Positions 47,863 to 59,123 of a stretch of 64,000 nt of DNA are shown here, in pieces. Made by a program: the position numbers and the translations under genes. The stretch covers positions 1,302,001 through 1,366,000 of the forward strand of contig OX337238.1 in assembly GCA_946965045.2 (NCBI GenBank). Reading direction: 5' to 3'. The stretch comes from Epithemia pelagica. Its lineage: Eukaryota > Protista > Bacillariophyta. Numbering within the stretch: position 1 is the first letter of the stretch; every line of letters starts with the position of its first letter. The notes beneath the pieces are model-generated. The model searched no databases. It was not told the origin of the DNA and saw only the letters and a program-made list of their open reading frames with translations.

Positions 47863-48657
47863 GTGGAAACTCGTCACGGTGGACAGAAACCGACCGACAC
47901 GACAACCAACCGAAAACCCACCCAACAATCAAACACATTTCGACGACGGACCGTGCCATGGCTATATGCTACGTTGGTTGTTCCATTGTATCGTCACATG
48001 TATCCTCGTCGTGCCATCTACCGTAACCGTGCCGGCTTTTTGCGTCATCCAGGCATGCCTGGTTATCGTGCACGCACAACGATCGACGGCGGCTGTTCCT
48101 TTCAACCCGTGGATTGTTACGTGCGTGTGAGTGATACGGTCGACTTCCGTACCTGCGTAGTCAAAAAGTACTCCACGGCAATTCACGTTTTACGCACCAT
48201 TGCAAAAGAGATGCGGATTCCACTATGTGACATTCGCCTAACCAAGCAAAACGGAAAACGGATTGCTATGAAGGCATATGTGTACGAAAACGACAGCGAT
48301 CTTTCTAACGGTGCTATTACACTAGCTATGGTGATGGGAAGTCATCATGATTTCGGCGAGACTTACCTTCCCGAGAATTTTTCGCTTTCGTCAACACCAG
48401 AATGCAAACAGGAGAGCGACAATGAGCAAGACGACGAGGAAGAGGAAGACGATTCCGAAGAGGAGCTAGATGGGCAAGACCATGAGGATGATGATTCAGA
48501 AGAAGAGAAACAAGACGGGCAAGACCATGAGGACGATGATTCAGAAGAAGATGATGATTGCGTTGTGTTGGTTGACACGAACGAACAAATGGAGAGCAAT
48601 GGAGGCAAGCGAGACTCGTGCCGATCGTCGCGTTTGGTTGAAGAGGCGTATGTCTGA
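47863..48657 (+). CDS. Ubiquitin-like domain protein with an acidic tail and a SIM-like motif; start uncertain
   Basis: VDCYVRV...STAIHVLRTIAKEMRIPLCDIRLTKQNGKRI...AITLAMV; duplicated DGQDHEDDDSEE tract followed by DDDCVVLVD. Confidence 0.55.
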   Translation: METRHGGQKPTDTTTNRKPTQQSNTFRRRTVPWLYATLVVPLYRHMYPRRAIYRNRAGFLRHPGMPGYRARTTIDGGCSFQPVDCYVRVSDTVDFRTCVVKKYSTAIHVLRTIAKEMRIPLCDIRLTKQNGKRIAMKAYVYENDSDLSNGAITLAMVMGSHHDFGETYLPENFSLSSTPECKQESDNEQDDEEEEDDSEEELDGQDHEDDDSEEEKQDGQDHEDDDSEEDDDCVVLVDTNEQMESNGGKRDSCRSSRLVEEAYV

Positions 48658-49266
48658 TTGTTGCGGCTCGTCTCCAGTTGCGGCGGATCAAGAAACCAAA
48701 CACCATTGTTTTTTGACGTGAAAAATTGAGTACCTTTCCGCCGTCTGCGTCTTTACCACGTCTCAATTTAGGTGACAGTAGTTCCTTTGCATTCATCTTC
48801 TTGTTCTTTTCCATAGGGATCTTCTTGTTGGGATCTTCTTGTTCATTTCCATAGGGAGTGAGAGCCAAATGGACAACGGAACTTGAGAAAGTAGCACAAT
48901 CGTCCAACAATAAGTTTTGGGAACCAATCCTTGCAATGCCACTGGTGCTGGTTTGACTGTGGTGATTGCAAATGAGGTTGAAACACCAGCGGTAGACGAT
49001 GTGGCTTGGCTTCTTCTCTTAAAGCTACCTCGAAACGATCGACTTCGACCGCTCTTGTTGTTCCGCCCAACAGTGCTGTCATGTGCAGAGCGAGTGGAAA
49101 ATGAAAGTAGGAGAATCACCGCGAATCGCATTGAAGGACAACCACCTGTATCTGTATGCAACCCTATAAGCACGAAACACTTGCGGCGCCGGCCTTAAGA
49201 CTTAAAGATTAGATTACTACAACAACTAATCAAAGGCCAATCTCTCCGTGCTCTTCATACAAGACC

Positions 49267-50147
49267 TCAGCCTTGAGTCATGCCGGGATATCCGAACTTG
49301 AAGCGCGCGACATTCGAATAACGACCGTTACGGTCGACGCTGAAAACCGAGTCATGTTCCACGTGTTCACCACCTTCACCACCGTCAAAAAACTGGGAAT
49401 AAAAATCCGTCGTGGGACTCCCTTCCTCGGCCAAGTAGCTATCGATTATTTCCGCCACGTGCTCATCTGTAAATAGATGATCAAGCGCGCGAGGCGGGCT
49501 CTGAGTGTGGTCGAACTCCGCCTTGTAAATATAGTCCTTTTCCCAAGTAATTTTGGGGTTCTCATTGTCCGCGCGCTCAAGAATCTCGATTAGCTTCTCC
49601 GCGAATTCTTTCTTGAGCTGCGCGTGTGCAGTGTTATCAACCAACGGATCGTGCTCGGTAGGCGGGCACGCGACAACACATGGCCAGAAAAAAACACCTT
49701 GGTTCGGCTTGGGGGGGCCCTTCACCAACGGAAGGTTCTTTTCGCGCGACACACGACGGTGTAGGGTCGTGATGCGCATGTCATACGATTCGAGCTCGCC
49801 TTGCGCACTATTGAGAATTTCGTCAGTGACTGGCTTCAGATATCCCGATTCTTCAACACCCGCCTTCTGAAGCTTAAGATACCCAACAATAAACGCTCCC
49901 TTCGGACCACACTGTTCGAGGTGAACTTCCGTCACCTGTGGCCCAGCCGCAGATGCACGGACGTCCTTCACTTTCTTCTTCCCTTTCGAAGCAAATGGAC
50001 TCCTCTTGTGCTTAACGGGAGTAACCACTCTGTGTGCACCCTGGGACACATCAGATGTTTCTGTTGCGTTGGTCTGCAAAAATGGGGACGGTAAGTAAGC
50101 GCCGGGCCAAGCACCATGGTTATTGCACGACGAACGGAACTCACCAT
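49267..50147 (-). CDS. Orphan protein of about 269 aa; first coding exon is ATG only
   Basis: ATG 50147-50145, intron 50144-50074 (gtgagt...ttgcag), then TNATETS; basic NLS-like KHKR...KGKKKVK followed by a globular-looking region. Confidence 0.7.
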
Positions 50148-50330
50148 GCTGTCTTACTCAACTTTCTCCAGATAAGACACCAATTGTTCTCAGCTGGATT
50201 TATGAGATCAACAGGAAATGAATGCTGTTATGGTTGATTGTCGTGCCATCTCCATCAGTCCATTAACGTCGAATCCAGGTCGAGTCGTACCGTGGACTGC
50301 AACGGTCCATTTATGTCATCATCAGGACAC

Positions 50331-50622
50331 ACAACAATTTACACACATACCCAACAATCAACCACGAATGCAGCAGCGTGAATCACCGGGCGAAGTGCCA
50401 ATGCATTCGGAGACACCACAAACAGCACACAGATTCAACAATCAACCACGACCGCAAGAGGACCGTGGAACACAACCGACAACAATTTTCACACATACCC
50501 AACAATCAACCACGAATGCAGCAGCGTGAACCACCCGACGAAGTGCCAATGCAATCGGAGACACCACAAACAACAACAGATTCAACAATCAACCACGACC
50601 GCAAGAGGACCGTGGAACACAA
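50331..50622 (+). repeat. Two copies of a 148-bp unit, each with CAACAATCAACCACGA sub-repeats; further degenerate copies follow
   Basis: Units start at 50331 and 50479. Confidence 0.88.
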
Positions 50623-51462
50623 GAGCGTGAAACACCACGCCGTACCGGGGGAGATGCCAATGCAGACAGAGACACAACAACGCGATGCACAGCAATCAAA
50701 CTACCTAGTCCGTTCCCACCAGCCCACGGCGTGCAGTCTATTTCCACGATCTTTCAAGCACCACACATATTCAACAATCAAACACGACCGCAGCGTGAAA
50801 CACAACACTAGTACAGTCTGTGGTATTATTCTAGCGTGGTGATTAACGTAGTAGTCCGGCGTGTTAGTTGTGTGCCGTCCACGTTTTTCTAGTACATTAC
50901 GGATTGGAACTGATCAGCATCCACTCCATCCATCTTGTCTCATTATTTCTTGCTTTCATTATTTTGTTTTCCGGTGCTGGTTCACAGTTCACAGCTCACA
51001 GCATAATTTGTCGGTTGGTTGTTGGTACTTGGTACGAAGTTTATCACACGTATTGTTGTGTAACCGCGTGTTCTTGTGGCGGCTGAGTTACCACGTGTAA
51101 CCACGTGTGTTTGTGTGAAACGATCTGAGGAAGGAAGTGTGTCGCTTGATTCCGTGTGTGAGTTCTGTGTCTTTGCTAACAAAATCCGGGGAACCATCGG
51201 TGGTAACCAATCCAACCGGCAACTGGATTTCCAATCCCTAGAGATTGTTGTACACCCCCATCCCGTACCTTGAGTACAAGTAGACCGAAAGGTTGAAAAG
51301 AGGGCGATCCTTGCCAGACCGGCTGGATACCGTCAGGGGGGCGGAGTTTAAAGTACTCGACAGGTACAACTCCGCGTGCTACGGCACATCATTGCGCACT
51401 AACAAAACATCTGTCGCGGCTGTGCTCGCCACATAGTCGGTACTCTTTTCTGCATCACGGAC

Positions 51463-51613
51463 AGGGCGACTGATTCCGCGGGACCGAAACTGAATCTCGG
51501 TTGTCTTACGACATCGTCTGTCGTCGGCCGTGTGAAGAGGGCGACTGATTCGCGATCTGAACGGAAATCTGAATCTTGGTTGACCGAGGACGCCGTCTGT
51601 CGTCGGCCGTGTG
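51463..51613 (+). repeat. Two copies of an approximately 75-bp unit
   Basis: AGGGCGACTGATT...CTGAATCT...GTCTGTCGTCGGCCGTGTG at 51463 and 51538. Confidence 0.85.
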
Positions 51614-51913
51614 GAGTACGGGCAAGGGACTGGCGATCCCACAGTGATTGGGCAAGACTCAAGTATCAAGACTACAAGGACAGGCTCAGTGCGTGGATCC
51701 CTAACAGGTGAAGCTGCCAGTCACGTGACATTATTGTCTGTGATATACTGACAACCTGGATTACTACGGTGTGAGGGGCCCGCGTTTCGTAATTAGTCGG
51801 GTACTACGGCAACGCGGCTGTTGGAAAAGAGGCTTCCTCAATAGTTGTTTCTGACAACAAAGGAATTCCCGCCACAGCTTTCGTGCTTACAGCGACTTAC
51901 ACTGAGTAACATA

Positions 51914-52333
<420 letters not shown>

Positions 52334-52379
52334 CAGCGACATGCATTTTGTTTATTAAATTTTTAGCTTCATTTTAGTC

Positions 52380-55300
52380 ATGAATGCAGATTTTAGGGCA
52401 AGATCACAGGGCATTAGAAATGCAGAATCTGCGCGCAATGGGTTGTTGTACACAGACGCACAGGGCAACTCCAACGCAAAAATATGCTGTGTTTGTGACA
52501 CATTGATTCCATACGGTGATGAGAAATGCTTGACCATACAGGACATCCGTCACAAACGTTTGTGTTCTGTGTTGTCGAAGAAGAACTTGGGTTTGTTGGA
52601 GTATGGGATTAAACAGGAAGGGCAGGTTGCTATCCAGAGGCACTATACACAGCACTGTTATACGGCTAGGCGAAAGGAGTATAAGTTTCTGAACGATTTG
52701 GTTTTGTCCCCCAAATCATACCCCGCCAAAAAGGGCACAAAAGAAGGCCTTGGATGCTGTAGGGCATGTCACTCGCACCTTCTGAACATGAAAAACAAGA
52801 AAGGTGACTGCACCCCACCACGCTATGCCATTGTTAACGGACTATCGATTGGAAAGCCTCCTGTGTGTTTGACAGACCTTAATGAGGTTGAATTGGCTAT
52901 GATAGCGCCCGCTAGGACAAACAAACACATTTTTTCATTTACCGCTGGTAGCCATAAATCAATAAGGGGATGGCATTCGCTGTACTATAATGACCTTGAT
53001 TTGTTAATTGGTGTAATGAGGCAACCACACGACGACACCAGCAAGGAGAAAGCAATGATAGCTTGGGTGGGGAAGAAAACGCAGAAAAGAAGTTATACAT
53101 TCCTACAATCGCGGTGGTATTATGCGGCCCGTTTACGTCATCCCAGCGTGCAAAAGTGAGGGAAAAAACCGAAGTGAGATGGGAAAAAATGCAAAATGCA
53201 CTGATATGGTTAAAAGCAAATAACCCACTATATGCAGAATATGATCTCCCAACAGATGCAATGCTGAAACCAATTTTCCTTGACAAAGCAGAGATTGTTC
53301 CTGAATCGTCGTCAAATGTCGAGCTGGTTTTTGAAATCAATGCGGTTTTCCCGGACTCTGATGAACCCAAAACAGGTAATGGTGGGTTTGCGACTCAGCA
53401 GGAGTTCAGAAATGCTTCTGTAGAAAATTTAGTAACACCAGAGTCTGACAAGCAAGCAACATTGATATCCCGGCCAACCCCACATCTACTCCGTGATTAT
53501 GAGGGTGACAACTTGATTCGTGCGTTCCCCCTTCAGTTTCCCTACGGAATTGGCGGTCGTAATTCGGAGGGTGAATCGCGGCAGGGGGTTGGGTATCTGA
53601 AACATTTGTCTATGTTAGCCCCATCACGTTTTCATGGGGCAACCTTTATATGTGTCCTTCATAATATGTTTGAGAGAAAAAGAATGGTTGCCAATACTTT
53701 CCTTAGGGTGTCTGATTCACAAGCACAGTCGTTTCCAGATATTTCGACATAGGCAATTGAGGAGGCCTTGCGGATGATGCAGGACAACGTGTCATGTTCC
53801 ACCCCGGGATACATGTTTCTTCAAAAGTTGAGAGCGATTACTTCTTCCATGGGCCATACGTCGGGTGCAGCAAAAAGGGCCCGACAGAGAATGTTTTCGA
53901 TGATTTCGCATCATGGTTTGCCGTCTTTGTTGTTTACCATTACACCAGAGGATGCAATTAACTACAGAATCAGGGTAATGTCGACGGACGGGACAGGCGA
54001 GCGTCCGCCACCCGATCCATTCACTTGTGATTTCAGTGAACTTGCAAAATATGCTAAGGAATGTAAGGAAATTAGGGTTGATAATCCAGGGCTGTGTGCA
54101 TTTGATTTTGAGAATGTACTCCGGATTACAATCGCACATTTGATAGGGTGGGACGAAACTGAACAGAAAAACAAACCCTGCTTTGGAATATTTGGAGACA
54201 TAAGTGGGTGGTGTTACGCAGTTGAGGAACAGGGACAAAAAACCCTACATGCACATTTTCTGCTGTGGGTGAAAGATTGGGCAAAATTGCTAAATGGGCT
54301 ATCGGATGAAAGCCTCAGGGATACGTTCAAGAAGCAAATGGAGAAATATGTGTCAGCCGTGTCAAGTGCGGAATTGCATGGTAACGATTGTCAACCGGTG
54401 TGCACAAATGATGGCTGCTCTGGGTCTGTCTTAGAGCACTGCAGTGCGCAGGACTTGCGAAATCTCCGTACACGGGCTGGAAAGACGGCTTTCGGTGGGA
54501 AACAAATTATGAAGTGTGGGACTTGTGACAAAGGCTACTCAAGTGAGGATCTGGTAAAAATCCTACTTGACCCAATGTTTTCTCTGCAGGGGGGAGACGA
54601 TGAACCGTTTTGGCCACATGTTTCTTCACAACACACAAAATATCAGCTACTTATGGAGTTTGCATTGATGCGGCATAATCATCCGTTTGTTCCGAAGATC
54701 CTCGACGATAAACAAGCTGCAAGGTTTGTCGCAGCTTTGAGGAACCTACATAATTCGAATCACTGTACAGCATGTTTCAAAAAAGGGGGAGAATGCCGGA
54801 TGAAGATTCCCAACCTTCCCTTTGAAAAAACCACTTTGGTTTTTGATGAGCATTACACTAATTGGTACGACTGGAAAGGGAACAACCGTGCACGACAGCT
54901 TTTCCATGTAGGTCATAAGCGTTCCAGAGCAGATGTTATGATGAATATCCATAATCGTGCGGCAAGTAATCTGTTTGCTTGTAACACCAATGTGGTTGCG
55001 GGTGTCGATGGTGGTAGTGTCATGTATATGACATGCTATGTGTCGAAGAATACGCAGAATGAGGACAATGAGCATTTTGCTTCTGCCGCGAAGCATATGG
55101 TTCGTAAAATGAAGACGTATTTAAGCAACGATTTAGGGGACAATGAGAATCGGGAGAATAACACTGCCGATACTGATAATGACAGAGTCCTGCACGGTAT
55201 GCGTGGGCTAATTGGTGCTGTTTTGCTTTCTACGGGGGCACACGTATGCAGTGCACCAATGGCAGCGTTTTTGTTGAGGAATGAGTCTCGTTTTGGGTTT

Positions 55301-58093
55301 TCGCATGAATTTGCATATGTTGATCTCAGGGATTTTGAGTCAGACAAACTTGAGAAGTTTTCGTGTGATGCCTATGACGGCGAGGTTTTCCTGAAATCGT
55401 CTGTGGCTGATTACTTATATAGGCCACATGATTTAGAGGGTGTGTGTCTTTATGACTTCCTCTGCAGTTATTCTGTTGGGCGTGCGACCTCTAAAAACCG
55501 TGGAATGGAGTGGGTAGCAGAGCATCCGTCGCGGGGTAATTTGGTGTTGAAAAAAAATAAGAAAGACAAAATTCCACTTATTTCCTTTCTGGATTTTGTT
55601 GATACAAAATTTTTTGGGGACCGGTCAATTGACAATGTTGATGCATCGGGAGATGTTGTTCTTGATTCTGGTTTGGCAGCCATGGAATCTTATGCAAAGA
55701 AGGCCTGCCTTCTTTTTTACCCCTTTTGGCAGACAGGGGATCTTAGATCAGGGAACGGGAGATATCTGGGGAAATTCCAGCAGGGTTTGGCAGGTGGTAT
55801 CATTTTAAAACAGCATTTGACGGTTCTTTCAAACATACAAGACTGTCGTAATAGTCTTAATTGCGGGAGACCGAGCGATTCTCTAGAAAGAGTGACAGAG
55901 CAACCATCGCTTGTTGTTGGTGATGCAAGTGATTCTGAGGAAGAGTGCGAAACAGGAATCGACCCTGGCATGGATGCAGTTTTTGATGAATTGATTTCGT
56001 GCCTGGATGTGAGTCCGCCGTTGTTAAGAAACGCTGATGGATTGTTGGCAGTTGATAGCAGGTTTATTCGGTCATGTGGGACAAACAAATGTGGTGAAAA
56101 CTTGGTGGTCTGTCCGGAGTTGCCTGACTCGTCGCCATCAGTGTTTCGTGTCAGTTTTGATGAGCAGGTAGACAGTGCTACCTTTGTACAGCATGCAAGT
56201 GTGGATGAGGAGGTATTTGAATCAAGAAGAATCACTTATAGAAGTTTGCATGAACTGTCTGTCCGTTTTCGTGAGCGTGTGATGGGTGTAGATGCTAACA
56301 GTCACCTGCAGGCAACTGGGACATTGGAGAATATTCGGGCGTATGCGGATGTGTGTTTTAGATCAGATGTGGATCAAAAAAGAGCTTTTGAGTCAATAGT
56401 AGCTGCGTTTGTGCTGGAATTATATAAGGAGGCAAATAGAACACAAGCAGCAGCCGACTCCGAAGATGAACTGGAGGCAAACCACCAGAATACGAGGTTT
56501 CTTAGTTTACGCAAAAAAGAATTGGAAAAAGTGAATAGAGGTCATCAATACATTGCGTTCCTTTCTGGTGCAGGTGGTACGGGGAAAAGCCATGTTTTAA
56601 AATCGGTTGTCCGATATGCCAAAAGCATGTGCCGCAATTTGAGTGTTAAGTACGACAAGCGGACTATTGTTGTGACCGCGCTTACTGGTGCGGCTGCTGT
56701 TGGTATAAATGGTGAAACAACCCATAATGCCTGTGCTATAAATCGAGAGGTTGATGGAGAGGTCGAGGAGTGGACAAATGCGTATATGTTGGTTGTGGAT
56801 GAAATTTCGTTTGCATCCAAAGATGTGCTTATAAGTCTGCATCATAAACTGCGTGAGATCAAAGAAAATGCAACTGCCCGATATGGAGGAATTCCTGTGT
56901 TATTTGCTGGAGATTTTACGCAGTTGAAACCCGTGAAAGGATACCCCTTGTTTGTGTATAAGGATCTTGAACATTGGTATGAATGGGTACATACGTTTAT
57001 GGAGCTTCGAACTAATCATAGATTCGTCGACGATCCAGATTACGGTGAACTGCTTTCAAGGTATAGAGATATTGGGCCTGATGCAATAGATCTGGATACA
57101 TTAAATACACGTGTTGTTGGTAGTCCACGGGGGCCACGTGAGAGCGACATACCGTCTACGGCAGATTATGCCACAAAGTCCAACATTGATCGTGCGGCTA
57201 TTAACGATGCCATCTTTTGCAAACATTTAACAGAAACACATTCAAAGGATCCGGAAAGGGACCCCCCTTTGCATACGATTTGCGTTCGTGCGTCTGACTT
57301 GCGTTGGAAGAAGCCAAAGACGAGAAGAGACTATGTGGACTTTAATTCGGCCAGTAAAGACATGTTATATGCGTATTGTGGTGAGGGACATGTTAAGAGT
57401 AAAGATAATAAGCATTACGACCCATTGTTGAAATTTTACTATGGTCGTCCATTGATGATTAATGACAATATCGATGTTGAGAGGTGTGTTGCTAATGGGG
57501 CAATGTGCACTTTCCGTGAAGTTGTGTTGATGCCAGGAGTTACAGTTGGTGATATGGAGAAGATATGTATTGATGGCTACTTTGTTTGGTGTGTCAGTGT
57601 GTCACAAGTTCAGGGTTTGAGAGTGACAATGCAAGATGGTGTTGAAGGTTTCGTAGTGAATTTGGAGGCTACAAAAGTTACAGTGACTGTTCAGTTTCTT
57701 CTGCCGGGATTTGGTAGGAATGTGAGGATAAAGAAGACTATGAGGCTGAAGCAGTTTCCGATTAATGTATCAAATGCACGAACAGGACATAAATTGCAGG
57801 GAAGGTCGTTGCGTCATTTGGTGATTAGTTCGTGGGACTATACGGATAATTGGGTGTATGTGTGTTTGTCTCGTTGTGCTACTTTGAATGGTTTGTTTTT
57901 GCGGCAGCCGTTAAATTTGGACAAAACAAGAGGCATTTCAGAAGAGTGTGCGAGATTCTATGAGTTGTTCAGGGAGACTAAACAGCTACCTGAAAAGTTG
58001 TTCTGTTTGAGGAGGAAAGGGGATAGTACCGCTTTCGATGTTTTTTTATGGAGAGAATTGGACGGCGGTTTTGCAGTTGTCCTTGGATGTTGA
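52380..58093 (+). pseudogene. Helitron Rep/helicase transposase (HUH Rep plus PIF1 helicase) with a frameshift near 53000-53100 and TAG at 53750-53752
   Basis: N-terminal Cys cluster and PPRYAIVNG; Rep motifs PSLLFTITP, VEEQGQKTLHAHFLLW, YMTCYVSK; helicase GAGGTGKS, VVDEISF, AGDFTQLKPV, TGHKLQGRSL, YVCLSR; 53768..58093 is an unbroken 1441-aa ORF. Confidence 0.93.
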
Positions 58094-58623
58094 AATGATG
58101 GTCAAGTTGGTGGCAAGGCATCCATTGTTGTGTTTCTTTCGTTAAATTGATTTGGTCATGTGAGCGGGTAGACAGGGGTCTTGAGTGTTGCTGCATGGTT
58201 TGGATGGCACGCTTGAAATTTAATTTATTCTCCTAGTCATGATTGTTATGGAACTTTAGAGTCACATCTCATAGTGGGGGGATTTCAAGTTGTTTTGATC
58301 TACTCATTCCACGTCTTGTTTTGACGTGGACCGACGTGGTGAGGTGGTTGTGATTTATTGCGGACGCCGGCCCCAGCCGTCATTGGAGGTATGGGTGGGT
58401 CAGGTTGGCGTGGTAGGTTATGAGCCCTTTTATGTTTGGGTGATCGTTGAACTCAGACGTTCCATCCCGAAGGGTACTGTCTGTCGTGCGTACGTCGTGT
58501 CGCGGCAGGAGTTCGGGAGCAGATGGTCAGACACGTTTGGGATTGCGCGCAACGAGCGCGCAAGCACAAGGCGCGCGCAACTTTGGTTGGAGCTAGAGTG
58601 CAGAGCATCAGCATCAGCATCAG

Positions 58624-58659
58624 AGTCGAGCTCACAATCTTGAGATTAGTGAGCAGACT
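58624..58659. other. Stem-loop downstream of RepHel, candidate Helitron terminal hairpin
   Basis: AGTC-GA-GCTCAC-AATCT-TG-AGATT-A-GTGAGC-A-GACT. Confidence 0.45.
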
Positions 58660-58821
58660 ACGAACTCTGCCGTCTCGAGTGAAGGACTCACGATAGTTGT
58701 AGCCTAAGAGATTCAAAAACTAGCCCCATACCCGCCCTTGGGAGCCAATCTTTTTGGTTCCTTGGGGCCTTTACGGCACACGCGTCTACTCCTCTAGCGT
58801 GTCACTGAACAACTACAGCGA

Positions 58822-58876
58822 GACCTGCACGAAGACAGAGCGCCACGACAGCTGCAGGATGTGGTCGCTGGGTCAT
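58822..58876 (+). repeat. 55-bp direct repeat, copy 2
   Basis: Identical to 46224-46278; similarity continues CTTCGT after 2 mismatches. Confidence 0.97.
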
Positions 58877-59123
58877 TTCTTCGTATGCGGTTTTGGTGGG
58901 TTTGGGTTTGGGGGAGCGGTTGTGTTATGCACGAACGCCTCTATTGGTCTTGGTCGTGCATGTGACACCCCTGCGCGCGCTCTCGCACCTAGGTAGTCCC
59001 GCCATTTTGGTGGGGGAGAAAACAACGACAATGATGGAATAACACAAAATATCAACGTCTTAATCATGAAAGTGAACACAAACACCAGAAGCCTCAACGC
59101 TTGTATAGATTAAGATAATAATG

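Noticed and set aside
58700-59000. Canonical Helitron 3' end (hairpin plus CTAG followed by T)
   Set aside because: CTAG sites at 58720, near 58795 and at 58989 are not followed by T and lack a correctly spaced hairpin; ends left unresolved.
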